Shown: positions 11,496 to 22,642, counted from the first letter of the stretch. The stretch is DNA of 64,000 nt from an uncultured Candidatus Peribacteria bacterium (GCA_964632405.1 CAZWBM010000001.1:40850-104849); one strand, 5' to 3'. Notes: generated from the letters alone by a model not told the origin. Numbers and translations: made by a program.

Positions 11496-11852
11496 ATATG
11501 CGCGAATTTATACTGATAAGGCCAGAAGAGTAAAGGGGAATGAATTGACTACGAAAAAGTTTGAGCGTATACTTATAAACGTGTCAAACAAGCGGCCAAA
11601 TACGATTATAGTCATTATCCTCCTCGCAGTGCAAGGGGTATCTCTTTTGTGGGCATCATGGACCCAGGGTCTTCATGCACTCATAACAGGCTCATGGAAG
11701 CCACTGAAAAACTCGCGATTGCTCCATATCTGGCATTGGATAGCCGTTGATGGGCCTCGGAAATTCTGGCAATTTCCACGCTCAATACAGATAGGAAGAA
11801 GCATCTCTACACTGATACAAGTTGTTTTTTATCCAAAAAAATAAATATCCTT

Positions 11853-12983
11853 TTGAGTAATTATCCTCCAAACCCCAGAAAAAATAAAGGCTTCACGCTA
11901 ATAGAAGTACTCGTCTCTGTTGTGCTCACAGGGATTATTCTCACGTCAGCATATAGTGGATTCCAGGGCATCATGAAGAGCCAAATACGCCTCTCGGGAG
12001 TTATCAATATACAGCGCAGCCTCTTTTATCTCAATGAAAAACTCTCTTCTCTCATCAATACTGGTGGGACGCTCGATTATGAAGAATATTTCAATCGTCG
12101 TATGCTCGGGTATGAGAAAAGCTTCTCTTCTGAAAATATATGGACATATACGGAAGAATCAAAATACGGCAATGGGAATAACAACAGTGGACGACCGCGA
12201 CTCTATCTCTGCGGAAAAGACAGCACCGCTGATGAGGATGCGTGCCTGGGGACTAATAGTGTTTCCATTGCTCCGAATGAAACATCTTTCACAGAAACAC
12301 TCCTAACAGCAACTCCAAAACACATGGCCTACGGACAATATAGAGAGTTGGGCTTTCATTATGGTTCTCTCTCAGGATATGCAGCTCCGATAAAACTTCC
12401 GCCTATTTTCCCAGGGGCAGACACAGTACTCAATAACCAAGGAATAGGCGATCTCTATCTGATAAAAAAACTCCCCAGTGGTATCTATGAACGCACCTAT
12501 TTCAGACATGTTTTTATCCAGGACCCCTCAACACCAATAAGCCAGAAAGTCTGTGATCCATCTACTAGTAAGGACGGTTGTCTCGGGAAAATCCAGATGA
12601 CACGCCTCATAAGCTGTGATTCTCTGCCAGTGGGTGGTGATGGTATCATCGATGCATGGGTCCCTCACAGTGATTTCTGAAGTGCAGCAGACCCTTGTGC
12701 GACTCTAACAAATACGAACATATCAGCTGCTGCTGATAGCCTTGTTTGGGCTGACATTAGTTCTCCTGATATGAATATTATAGAAGCGCAATTTCTCCCC
12801 TCTCCTCTGAAGATCCCGAGTCGCATGACAGGAGTATGAGAATACCAAACAGCATTTTCACCAACGATACGCCTGCATCTAGAAGTACAACTTTCAGAGC
12901 GAGTCATGACGAGATGACTTCTGACGGAAGGAGAAAATCAGATACGCTTTCTCACGACAACATTTGATCTCGATAACGCATAA
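11853..12983 (+). CDS. Type IV pilin-like / pseudopilin (prepilin N-terminal methylation motif)
   Basis: Leader MSNYPPNPRKNK followed by G/FTLIEVLVSVVL, a class III signal peptide. ORF 11853-12680 continues through three TGA codons to TAA 12981-12983. The start codon is TTG. Confidence 0.75.
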
Positions 12984-12986
12984 ATC

Positions 12987-13880
12987 ATGCTTAGAAAAAA
13001 AGACACATCTGAAGCTGGTTCAGCACTCCTCGTCACCATTATGCTCACAAGTGTGGTACTTCTGCTGGCTATGATATTACTCGAACGCATCATGCCGTAT
13101 TCAAAACAGATACGCGGTATACAAGACACAGTTCAGGCATATTACACAGCAAAAAGTGAAGTAGAGCTCGCAAAAAATGATTTTCAAAAAAAACCTGTCC
13201 GAGAAAATATCGATCCTTCTCGGAGGATAACTCCTGGCACAGATAAAATCATAGAAATAACTATGCCCCAGATAGAAAGAGGAAATCCCGGGGATTATGT
13301 CGTCATTTCAAATCATAATGAACTCCCTCTTCAAATCCGTATGTTTGATACCGATACAACTCCTCGCGGTTTTGGAACAAGCCAAAAAGATCCAAGTTTC
13401 CACAGTTTGACGAGTTTTGGTGGGGGTATGCTTTTTGACCTCTCAAAAGTGGATACCATCAGCCCTCCTTTTTCGATGATAACACGTACAGATACGAGTA
13501 ATGCTAGTACCACGAGCAATATCAAAGTAGAATTCGTCTATACAGATGGGAGCGGTTCGACACCTTTCTTTGGAACCGTTGGTGACACAGCGTCAGCAAG
13601 TATTTTAGAAGGGAAAGACATCGCAACTGCTCAGGATAAAAATAGAGAAACAGGGCGTGGGAGCTTATCGTATCTCATGAATCTCCAGAACTGTAAATAT
13701 GGGAGCTGTGCTCTAAAACTGCACCTCACAGATACTATAACGCCTATCCTGCCAGTAGCATTTTCTCTCTCGATACCTGCTCCAGACCTAAATGCGGTCA
13801 TCATAGCTGATGGGCTCTCAAATAATGGTGCCTATCATGCTCGTATCGTGGAGCTCATACCACTGACACAAAGTATTTAA
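12987..13880 (+). CDS. PilX-N-like minor pilin / pseudopilin
   Basis: The N-terminus GSALLVTIMLTSVVLLLAMILL resembles the PilX N-terminal helix. Starts 4 nt after the preceding pilin gene. TAA stop. Confidence 0.6.
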   Translation: MLRKKDTSEAGSALLVTIMLTSVVLLLAMILLERIMPYSKQIRGIQDTVQAYYTAKSEVELAKNDFQKKPVRENIDPSRRITPGTDKIIEITMPQIERGNPGDYVVISNHNELPLQIRMFDTDTTPRGFGTSQKDPSFHSLTSFGGGMLFDLSKVDTISPPFSMITRTDTSNASTTSNIKVEFVYTDGSGSTPFFGTVGDTASASILEGKDIATAQDKNRETGRGSLSYLMNLQNCKYGSCALKLHLTDTITPILPVAFSLSIPAPDLNAVIIADGLSNNGAYHARIVELIPLTQSI

Positions 13881-13884
13881 GTAA

Positions 13885-13913
13885 AAATACCTCCAATTTT
13901 GGAGGTATTTTTT
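13885..13913. terminator. Bidirectional intrinsic terminator between convergent genes
   Basis: Stem AAATACCTCC (13885-13894) pairs with GGAGGTATTT (13901-13910). It is flanked by an A-run and a T-run, so it can work on both strands. Confidence 0.7.
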
Positions 13914-13927
13914 AAGAGGAAGAAATA

Positions 13928-14983
13928 TTATTTCTTCATGCCTTTTGGCTGGTAGAGATTACGACCAACACGTTCAAAGATTTTCTTATTCTGGAGATTC
14001 ATGTAGATAGTATTTGATTTCACGATACGTGTTTTCAATACTTCAGCGGTGATATCATCGGAGCTCATCGGCTTCTTGATCTGATTAAAGATCTCGAGGA
14101 TAACGTCCTGGACTGTACCAGAAGTGTATCCCCATGCCTTGAGTGCGTAGATACCTCGACCAATGAGGACGAATTCGCTGTTTCGGATAAGCTCGTTATG
14201 AACAGTGTTTACTTTGACCTTTGTATTGAAATGTCCTGAAATAGCATTCGCAAGTTCGAGGAAATGAAGTGGCTTGTTCGTCTTTTTGAAGATATAGATT
14301 GCTTTGTCTTTGAGGGTTTTTGGATTGAGGATATGCCAGCTCGCAAGACCGATCATGATCTTCTCACCTTTGACGACATCCAGGAAAACATCCATAACAG
14401 CATCGACGAGAGCAGTGTTGAGGAATGAAAACTGAGACTTGTGCGTTTCAAGAATTTTTTCGTAAAGTCCTGCTTGTTCCATGACATCACGGCGCTTCTT
14501 GAGAATCTTCACTGCTTCAGAATGTACTGCCTCGATAGATTTGCGAGTGATTTGTGGTTCATGGAAATATGTCACTGTGTTGAGACGTGGCTTGCTCTTT
14601 TGCATATCAAAATCTGCCTGAAGGATCACCTCCATCATGCCTTTGTTGATGGTGCCAGCCATGCCGAGTTCCTTGATGAGGACAGAAACGAGAGCATCTC
14701 GAGACATGATACCACTGTGTTCGTGGAGGATACGAGCCGCCATTGCTTGGATATCAGCAAGAGGGGTACTCTTGATCATGCTTCCAATACTTTTAACACC
14801 TTTGTCTTCGATTTGTCGTACTCGCTCACGTGTTATGCCATAATTATCACCGATTTCCTGAAGTGTTTCCTTGTGACCATAGAGCCCAATGCGATGTGTA
14901 ATGACATATGATTCCTTATCACTCAGCTGCGATAGCAGTGCCTCGAAGGCAGACTGAATATTTGTAGCGGTTATAGCAACCAT
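13928..14983 (-). CDS. Sigma-70 region-4-like HTH protein with C-terminal HARE-HTH-like domain
   Basis: N-terminal ETLQEIGDNYGITRERVRQIEDKGVKSI is a region 4.2-type HTH. C-terminal FVLIGRGIYALKAWGY is typical of HARE-HTH. Intact 351-aa ORF. Confidence 0.7.
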   Translation of the reverse strand: MVAITATNIQSAFEALLSQLSDKESYVITHRIGLYGHKETLQEIGDNYGITRERVRQIEDKGVKSIGSMIKSTPLADIQAMAARILHEHSGIMSRDALVSVLIKELGMAGTINKGMMEVILQADFDMQKSKPRLNTVTYFHEPQITRKSIEAVHSEAVKILKKRRDVMEQAGLYEKILETHKSQFSFLNTALVDAVMDVFLDVVKGEKIMIGLASWHILNPKTLKDKAIYIFKKTNKPLHFLELANAISGHFNTKVKVNTVHNELIRNSEFVLIGRGIYALKAWGYTSGTVQDVILEIFNQIKKPMSSDDITAEVLKTRIVKSNTIYMNLQNKKIFERVGRNLYQPKGMKK

Positions 14984-15067
14984 AAAATTTGGAAGGAAGA
15001 ATTAAAATCGTTCCTTATGTATATACGAATTTTTGTACGGAAGTCAAAGGAAAATCAGACTATTATT

Positions 15068-15781
15068 TTACTTTTGCAGGAGATATTCCCATTTCTCTCG
15101 ATTTTGAAGAGCGTTGCTCGCTGATGCTTCTTGAGCCAGTTTTTTATTCGTCCCAATACCTGTGCCAATCGTCACACCTGTTATAGAAGCAGTTATTGTA
15201 AATACTTTTTCGTGATCTTTTCCTTCTTCACTGGTGACCGTGTAGAGAGGAGTAATATTCATATACTGTTGGACGATTTCTTGGAGTCTAGATTTTGGAT
15301 CCTTCACTTCTGGGGTGATACGGTCTGATGAAAAAATAATTTTCTCTACGACTGTGTAAACGGCAAGAAATCCTTGGTCAATATAGAGCGCTCAGAGGAC
15401 GGCTTCGAGGAGATCAGCAAGAATATTTGGATTTTTGCTGCCACCAGCATTCCTCTCACCTTGTGACATGAGAATAATAGAATCCAAATTATAATCAAGT
15501 GCAATTGCCGCAAGATGCGTACCGCGGACATAGCTACTCCGTAGATCCGTCATCCATCCTTCTTCACGATCGGGGTACGTAGTATATATGAGATGTGTAA
15601 TGGTCAGCTCGAGAGCTGCATCACCGAGAAATTCTAGACGCTCATTATGCGCCGTGATATCTTTTGGTGATTCATTGAGAAATGATCGATGTATACACGC
15701 TGTCTGATACAAAGATATGTCGCGGGGCGTGATACCCATAAGACCCAGGACTTCAGGAATTTTGAGAAATATATCTGTCAT
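15068..15781 (-). CDS. rnc: Ribonuclease III
   Basis: ORFs 15068-15307 and 15392-15781 share a frame and join at EAVL-G-ALYID. Signature NERLEFLGDA, plus a C-terminal dsRBD (KDPKSRLQE...GTGIGTNKKLAQEASA). Confidence 0.9.
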
Positions 15782-16245
15782 TACATCGTGTGAAAAAGAG
15801 AATAGGAAAGTGGTTCCCGAGCATTCCAGGTTTTTATGATTTCATCGCGCTGGGTAATCACGGTATTGAGTATACCGTTGATGAGATTTTTTCCAGCATC
15901 ATCCGAGTAGCGCTTTGCGAGTTCTATGGCCTCATTTATCGAAACTCGGACGGGTACATCTTCTCGAGAGACCACGAGCATTTCCGCGAGGCAGAGAAGG
16001 AGAATAAGCGCGTTAATGGTCGGAATTGTTTTGATGTCATATTTTGGGGCTGCTGCCCAGATGACAGAGAGGAGCTTTCCTTCATTTTCGAGAATGGCCT
16101 TTTCGAGCATAGCAGCATATTCATCATCAATACGGTCAGCATCTTCGAAAAATGATGTCTCTTTTGAGAGAGCATCACCCGATATGACACGCGTATAGAG
16201 TGATTGGAGCAGGAACCGGCGAGTACGGGAACGAGAAAAAGACAT
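15781..16245 (-). CDS. nusB: Transcription antitermination factor NusB
   Basis: 154-aa ORF with a NusB-like helical pattern (RRFLLQSLY ... INEAIELAKRYSDDAGKNLINGILN). Its stop overlaps the rnc start by 1 nt. Confidence 0.8.
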   Translation of the reverse strand: MSFSRSRTRRFLLQSLYTRVISGDALSKETSFFEDADRIDDEYAAMLEKAILENEGKLLSVIWAAAPKYDIKTIPTINALILLLCLAEMLVVSREDVPVRVSINEAIELAKRYSDDAGKNLINGILNTVITQRDEIIKTWNAREPLSYSLFHTM

Positions 16246-16328
16246 GATTCAAATTAAGTACAAGTAAGAGAAACAGCTCAAGAAAGGATTACAATAATTC
16301 CGCTCTTCTACTTTTACTGTTACTTGGA

Positions 16329-16544
16329 CTATTTAGCTCGAATAACTTTCTTAGGTTTTTTCGTAGTTTTCGGTTTCTCTGCAATAACGGTAAATGGTCT
16401 ATGCGTTACACCGACAATAGCACCACTCTCATCTCGGAGAAATGGAGTTCGCTCGAGGAGCTTGCGGCCAGCGCGGATTTCCCAAGCAGACGTACGGATA
16501 CGTGTTTTGGACTTGGATTTTTTCTTTTTAGGGGAGAAAGTCAT
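16329..16544 (-). CDS. rpmF: Small basic protein, probably ribosomal protein L32
   Basis: 71 aa. KSKSKTRIRTSAW resembles the L32 RSKRGMRRSH motif, and a THRP segment sits where L32 carries its HR. Located directly downstream of rpsR. TAG stop. Confidence 0.5.
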   Translation of the reverse strand: MTFSPKKKKSKSKTRIRTSAWEIRAGRKLLERTPFLRDESGAIVGVTHRPFTVIAEKPKTTKKPKKVIRAK

Positions 16545-16553
16545 AGTGGTGGT

Positions 16554-16775
16554 TTATTCTCAGAGAGTAAATGGAAGGAGAGCCATGATCCGTGCCTTTT
16601 TGATGGCAGAAGAGAGCATTTTCTGAAATTTGAGACTGACACCAGTATAGTATCTTGGTGTGATTTTACCATAGCGAGAGAGGTATTTCTTGAGTGTAGC
16701 GACATCTTTGTAGTCGATATATCGGATACCTGCTGATTCGAATGGGCATACGGTCTTGAGTTTTTTCTTTGACAT
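16554..16775 (-). CDS. rpsR: 30S ribosomal protein S18
   Basis: MSKKKLKTVCPFESAGIRYIDYKDVATLKKYLSRYGKITPRYYTGVS. I chose internal ATG 16775 because the track start lies inside ssb. The apparent TGA stop is read through, giving ...TL-G-E then TAA 16556-16554. Confidence 0.88.
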
Positions 16776-16794
16776 AAATTGATAAAAATAGAGA

Positions 16795-17226
16795 TTAAAA
16801 GACATTTTCTTCTTCCATGTCGACATCGAGGATGTCAGCATGTTCAGGAGCTACCGGAGACTCGTGCTGTTCCTCGTCATATCCTGGAGCATCTTCTCGT
16901 TTTGAGAGGAAGATGAGGTTCATGACGACGATCTCTGTGCGGTGAAGACGTGTGCCGTCTTCGAGATCCTTTGTTCGAGTCTTGAGTCGACCTTCGACGT
17001 AGACGAGTTTTCCTTTACGGAGGTATTGTTCACATCGATCAGCGAGAGGACCCCAGGCAATACAATTGCTAAATTCTGCTTCACTCTGTGGGGTACCAGT
17101 TTTATCCTTATAGACACGGTTCGTAGCGACGACAAAGAGTGCACTTTTTGCTCCGGCAGTTGTTGTTCTCACGAGTGGATCTTTTGCGATATTACCGATG
17201 AGGATAACCTTGTTAACAGTTCTCAT
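16795..17226 (-). CDS. ssb: Single-stranded DNA-binding protein
   Basis: OB-fold NKVILIGNIAKDPLVRTT with an acidic C-terminal tail DVDMEEENVF. I chose ATG 17226 because the track start overlaps rpsF. Confidence 0.88.
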   Translation of the reverse strand: MRTVNKVILIGNIAKDPLVRTTTAGAKSALFVVATNRVYKDKTGTPQSEAEFSNCIAWGPLADRCEQYLRKGKLVYVEGRLKTRTKDLEDGTRLHRTEIVVMNLIFLSKREDAPGYDEEQHESPVAPEHADILDVDMEEENVF

Positions 17227-17237
17227 AAGAAAATCAA

Positions 17238-17528
17238 TTAAGCAGGTAGTGCGGTCAAGAGATATCTCCACAAGCCTTTTTTGATTCCAAAGACTCTGTT
17301 GAGTCCTGGGATATCGAGACTAGCGGTAGGCGTAAGAGTATATATGAGGTAATGACCCTGTTTAGAGCCATTGATTTTGTACGCCATATCGCGTACACCC
17401 CATACTTCCTCATTCGCTATACCGAGTCCATGAACATCGAGCTCAGAGCGAATATCGCTCATGAGCGTCTCGAGGGCTTGTTTCTCGAGCATCGGATCGA
17501 TGATCATCATGAGTTCGTATTTTTTCAT
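17238..17528 (-). CDS. rpsF: 30S ribosomal protein S6
   Basis: MKKYELMMIIDP start, 96 aa, in the rpsF-ssb-rpsR order. Confidence 0.85.
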   Translation of the reverse strand: MKKYELMMIIDPMLEKQALETLMSDIRSELDVHGLGIANEEVWGVRDMAYKINGSKQGHYLIYTLTPTASLDIPGLNRVFGIKKGLWRYLLTALPA

Positions 17529-17643
17529 GCGAAGTTATGACGAAATAAGTAAATAAAGTGGCTGTATTATACAAATGATATCTGAATTGCAAGATGAAAT
17601 TTATTGAGTCAATATAGGGTTATCGCTTGTATAAAAATGAAAT

Positions 17644-18579
17644 ATGGACTACACTTCTTTTATGAGTGAAAAACCTGAACAAAAATCCTACAGAGTAGAA
17701 AAAGGTGATACTGTCGACAGCATCGCAAAAAGAAATGGTATAACGCGAGCGGAACTTCTAAAAGCCAACACCAAAATAACGAACCCAAATCTCCTGAAAC
17801 CAAAAGAGATTTTGATCATTCCTGGAAAAGGGAAAATAATTGAGACCTCAAAAAAAGAAGAAGCAAAAATCAGAGCTGAGATAAGTGAAAAAGCATGGGA
17901 AAGTAAAATATTAGCGAATTTACAAGATGGTAAATCTCTCGTGACAACACTAGGAACTTTTGATCTCAGAAAAAAATTCATCCCTGGAGAAAAGAATAAT
18001 ATAGGTATCATCAAAAGGGCATTTGAGAGTTATGTAAAAGGTCCTGGAAAACAATTTTCAGAAGATCAGAAAAAATATCTCCTTGCCTACATCCTCGCCA
18101 CAGCAAAGCACGAAACAGCAGATTTTACGACACTTCGAGAAAACACTGACGGAAAGAAATACAATCCCCCTGCACGTGTCGGAAAAGTACTCGGAAATGA
18201 GGTATGAGACGGTCCGACTTATATAGGACGTGGATATGTCCAGATTACTGGAGAGAATAATTACGAGGAATGGTCAGAGAAATTTTTCTGAACAGGCAAT
18301 AAAACTCTTCTTACAAAATATCGAAGTACCCTTCTCCTGAAACCAGAGATTGCCGCCACTATACTCGTAAAGGGTATGATGGAGGGATCTTTCACAGGAA
18401 TATGACTCATGAAATATCTCGGAAAAGATGCTCTTGATTTCGAAAATGCACGTCGGACAGTCAATGGGATTGATAAGGTTAGTCATATTGCTAGTATTGC
18501 ACAAAAATATTTGGCAAGTTGAAATACTGCTATCAATCCCCCCAGAAAGAAAAAGATAAATTGATCAATCGTATTTTAG
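17644..18579 (+). CDS. LysM-domain peptidoglycan hydrolase with GH19/lysozyme-like catalytic domain
   Basis: N-terminal LysM (YRVEKGDTVDSIAKRNGITRAELLKAN). ORF 17644-18207 continues through five TGA codons. GRGYVQITGENNY resembles the GH19 GRGxIQLTGxxNY motif. TAG stop at 18577-18579. Confidence 0.75.
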
Positions 18580-19310
18580 AGTGCTCCAAACTTTCCTACT
18601 TGGTACCTCACACCTTCGGGGATATTCACCTGAGGAGTTGTCTTGGAGTGAATAATTCACCCTTCTTCAATACTGAGATTATAGACATTGCCTACAGATG
18701 ATTCTGGAGTTCACGGCATGTGAAAACGTGTGTGAGCCACGTCTCTATTTGGTCATAGACCATTTCTGAAAAAGAGAAGAGAAGCAACGCCAGCTTGTGT
18801 CGTAAATTGACCTTTTGTCACTTGAGGATCATCCAGAATGCCTAAAGTAAATCTATCTCGTATCCGGAAAAACCTATCATCTGACTTACCATTTAAGGCC
18901 TTGTCGGCAAGGCTCACATTTTGCAAGAGGGTATAAAAAGCTCTTCCCTTTCATCACAAAAGTTTCTCAATACGATCCCCGTAAAACTCGACAACCTCTG
19001 AAGGTAATTCAAATTCATGAAAAGATGCTTCAGTCCTTTCATCAACGAGAGAGGTATTCGTAGTAAAAGTAGGAATAGTGCTATGTGATTCGCGAGGGCT
19101 ATAGAGAAGAGTTAACCTCTGGCCTACACTTTCTGGGATATGAAAAGCATCGAGATGCCATCCAAGTTTTTTATGACGTGCATCGGGCGAGAAATGAAAA
19201 GTCGAGAGAGACACAATGGCCGGATCATCTTGTGGTGATAAAAATGCAACTCCGTGAAGTCCTCTCTGGCAAAGAATTGATTCAATCGCACAAAGTACAT
19301 CTGCCTCCAA
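18576..19310 (-). CDS. Hypothetical protein (244 aa)
   Basis: ORF 18954-19310 extends through five in-frame TGA codons (a TGA-TGA pair, then three more) to TAA 18578-18576, which overlaps the stop of the convergent hydrolase gene. The TTG start is uncertain. No recognised motif. Confidence 0.5.
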
Positions 19311-19696
19311 TAGTCATATCAAACTCCCCTCTATTGAGATTTGTGGAAGAACCCCTTCTACTTGATGCAAATGTTGTATACCAGATTCTATTTCCATATA
19401 TTTACTATATTTAATCTATTTTTAATTATTGTCAATTTTAATATATTTCTGTTTTTATTTAGTTTTTTGACATTCATTATTATAATTGAAGGCATCCTCC
19501 CCAGAGGTGCATCTCATCGGTTTTTTTTCCTTATAAACTATTTTCTACTGAGGAGCCGCTCGATGCTTTACAGTATAGAGCACGGCACTTCGAGCATGAG
19601 AGGCATTCCCTTTTATGCATTTGATCTCATTGGAAAATTTCCATGACAACCCTGGGGAAGATCTAAAAAGAGAGAAAAGAGTAAAGACAATAAAGT

Positions 19697-20404
19697 ATGT
19701 CCCGAAAATCCTCCATCGATGCCCGAAAAATCCAGATTCTCTGACTGATAGTCAGGGAATATATCAAAAGTGGCTACGCGACGGGCAGCAAATCGCTCGT
19801 CCGAGATGAAGGCATGGAGATATCCCCTGCCACGATCAGAAATGACATGAAACAGCTCGAAGATATGGGCCTCGTGTATCAACCCTATAATTCTGCTGGT
19901 CGGATGCCAACAACTCGTGGAATCCGCATGTATGTTGATTATCTTATCGAGGTCGCACCCCAGAGCTACCTCGGAACACCTATCATAGCAGAGGAAAATT
20001 CTCTCGAGTTCCACGACGATCGTCTCTATGATCTCGTCTCAGCCCTCTCAAAAGCGACACATGACCTCGCCTTTTGTTCGTCTCCTGACTCAGGTATATA
20101 CTGCATCGCCGGCATCTCTCATTTTCTTCGCAAGCACAGTGAAACTCTCGGAGAGCAAATATTTAGCATTCTCGATTGTGTCGAAAATCGTACGCTCTTT
20201 GCTCGTACCATTAGCAATATCGCGCAACCAGGCCGTATAACAGTCTGCATCGGGGAAGAGAATATTCTTCCAGAGCTCGAGGGTTGCTCTCTGATGGTCG
20301 CAGACATAGTTCTCGCTGGTCACCGCTGTCATCTGGGTCTTCTGGGATCAAAGAGGACGGATTATGGATTCAATCTGAGCGTACTTAGGACGATAGGAGG
20401 ATAG
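19697..20404 (+). CDS. hrcA: Heat-inducible transcription repressor HrcA (short form)
   Basis: ATG 19697 gives MSRKSSIDARKIQIL-G-LIVREYIKSGYATGSKSLV...ISPATIRNDM, the HrcA winged-helix N-terminus. Joins track ORF 19814-20404. Only 235 aa. Confidence 0.85.
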
Positions 20405-20514
20405 GATTCAAAAAAAATAAAAACTCAATAAAAATAGTGAAGTAAAGAAATATATTCTTGTATCTCTTCAGATGATTTATAAAATATTTCATCCATTTCT
20501 TCACCGCTTCGTAT

Positions 20515-20658
20515 ATGCCCCTCAAAAAATGATCGTCACGAGAAATCATCTCCGAGAATATCCGTACAGAGATGCATCATGGTAAGCCCCAAAAACAGGC
20601 AATAGCCATTGCACTAAGTGTTGCTGGAAAATCCCGAAAAAAGAAAAAGAAACGATAA
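20515..20658 (+). CDS. Small basic conserved protein (47 aa)
   Basis: Absent from the track (short, with an in-frame TGA). Sequence: [47 protein letters not shown]. The [13 protein letters not shown] core matches a small-protein family I recall from other bacteria. Confidence 0.55.
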
Positions 20659-20676
20659 ATTGATTATAATACCGGC

Positions 20677-21621
20677 ATGATGGCTTTTTGGAAAAGGATT
20701 TTTTTCACTCTCTCAATAACACTCATCGGAGGTTCCCTCTATTATTATGGAGATACTCCGGTCAGTTTTTTGGAACAACAATTTAATCGTTTCATGCCCT
20801 GTTCCAGCCCCATAACCTACTCAATTGGAAATTTTGACGAAAGGTTTCAAATCAAAAAACAGGAATTCGTTTCTGAAATAGGCAGAGCCGAAAAAATCTG
20901 GGAAGATTCAGCACATAAGGAGCTTTTTCAATATGTAGAGGCAGGGGGTATTCTGCGCATCAATCTCATCTATGATGAGCGCCAGGCAGCAACAGATGAA
21001 CTCAAGAAAATTGATATCACCATCAAAGAAAACGAAGAAACATACAATGCTCTGAAGTCAAAATATAATAGCCTCCTCCAAACTCATAACCAAGAAAAGA
21101 ACAAGCTCGAGCAAGATATCCGTACTCTCGATGTCATGAAAAGATCATATGTGGAAGAAGTGGATTATTGGAATGCTCATGGAGGAGCTCCTGAAGAAAA
21201 ATACGCAGAGCTAGAATGAGAGAGAAAGAGAATAAACGATTTCGTCGCCTCTCTGAATAGAGAACAATCAAAGCTCAATAACACAGCAAATACAATTAAT
21301 GCACTTGCAGTCGCTATAAATGAATTGATTTCAGTACTCAATCTCAATGTAGCAAAATACAATACGACCAGCCGCTCAAATGGTGAAGAATTCGACGAGG
21401 GTGAATACATACGAGATACTTCGGGACAGAGAATAAATATCTATCAATTTGATACTGACACGAAACTGATTCGTGTACTCGCACACGAACTCGGCCATGC
21501 ACTTGGACTCCAACATGTTCAGGACATTCAAGCGATTATGTATCGACTGAATCAGGGCAAAAATGAAAAATTAACAACCTCTGACCTGACAGAATTAAAA
21601 AAAGTCTGTCGTTTGAAGTAG
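20677..21621 (+). CDS. Membrane-anchored matrixin-like zinc metalloprotease
   Basis: ORFs 20677-21219 and 21325-21621 share a frame and join through TGA. N-terminal TM helix, a coiled-coil middle, and HELGHALGLQH (HExxHxxGxxH). Confidence 0.75.
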
Positions 21622-21705
21622 AAAATACGTGAATTATAAGTGAATAATGGCTCTATGGATTGTATTAAAGGAGAAGAGGGTATACTGTAATTCTTAACAA
21701 TTTCT

Positions 21706-22563
21706 ATGAAAAAATTTCTCTCCCTTATAACTCTCTTCCCTCTTTTGGGTTGTGCTTATACGGGCACAGATCTCTCAAACGCTTCGTATCTGGCGGATCA
21801 AGGCCTCATCGTGAAACAATCCACAGCAGCAGGATACCGTCTGAATGATCGGATTACCCGTGCCGAAGTCATAGGTACAGCTCTGAAATTAAAGTGAGTA
21901 TCTCTGCCAGAAAATTACCAGTGCAAGAAATACTACTCTGATGCCACAAAAAATGACTGGATCTGTCGCGCTGTCGAAATCGCTGCTGATCATGGCATCA
22001 TCTCACGGGACAATGCAAAAGCGAGGCCACAGGACCCTATCACCCGCGCTGAGGCACTGGCGATCATGATTCATGCCTCACGTTATCCTCTGCAGAAGCC
22101 TCGCAGAATCGAGCAGCCCGATGGAAGTGTCTGGAGTCTCTATGAAGATCTGAAAGGCCTCTGATTTACCCAGTGGCAGGCAGACCTCCTGGATTCCGGT
22201 ATAGATTGCAGGGTATTCAACTCGGGTATCTCATGCGAAGATGGAGCTGATTTCAATACAGCAGTGGCAAAATTTAGACCAAATATGTCTGCAACTCGCG
22301 CTGAAGTCTTCGGATTTGCAAAAAATATCATCGAATATCAACTCTCTCAATCATCCACGTGTACTCTCGATTCTTCCAATTTTGTCTGTGAATCCGTGAC
22401 GCAAGGATACGAGCCCAATCCTGATAATCCTCCACCAAGAGTTTGTGGCTGTAGACCAACTTGCCCAGATGGTCAAGCTGTTTTGGTGTCTCAAGGTAGT
22501 GGATTTTGGCCTGATGGCTCCCCTAAAGGGACATTTGTTTGCAGTGCTGAATATCCAGCATAA
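21706..22563 (+). CDS. SLH-like repeat lipoprotein, paralog 1
   Basis: Lipobox LLGC. Three xTRAEx-containing SLH-like repeats. ORFs 21706-21897 and 22264-22563 share a frame and join through TGA codons. Cys-rich C-terminus. Confidence 0.65.
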
Positions 22564-22642
22564 AATATGGTTAATTCAAATACATTTATTTCCGAAGAAT
22601 AGAAATGTTTATATAATGACGCCACATTTCTTATCTCTTTTC

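Noticed and set aside
11545-11844. 99-aa TTG-initiated ORF upstream of the pseudopilin gene
   Set aside because: It has no ATG start, is Trp/Arg-rich with no motif, and lies in the divergent intergenic region that must hold two promoters. It cannot be excluded, but the sequence gives it no support.
18576-18579. Overlap of the convergent stop codons (TAG on plus, TAA on minus)
   Set aside because: The overlap is real in the sequence, but it is a trivial consequence of compact genome organisation and implies no function.
19613-20014. 133-aa minus-strand ORF, and the 101-aa plus-strand ORF at 19341-19646
   Set aside because: The first is antisense to the hrcA N-terminus. The second lies in an AT-rich divergent promoter region and translates to Phe/Ile/Leu-rich low-complexity sequence.
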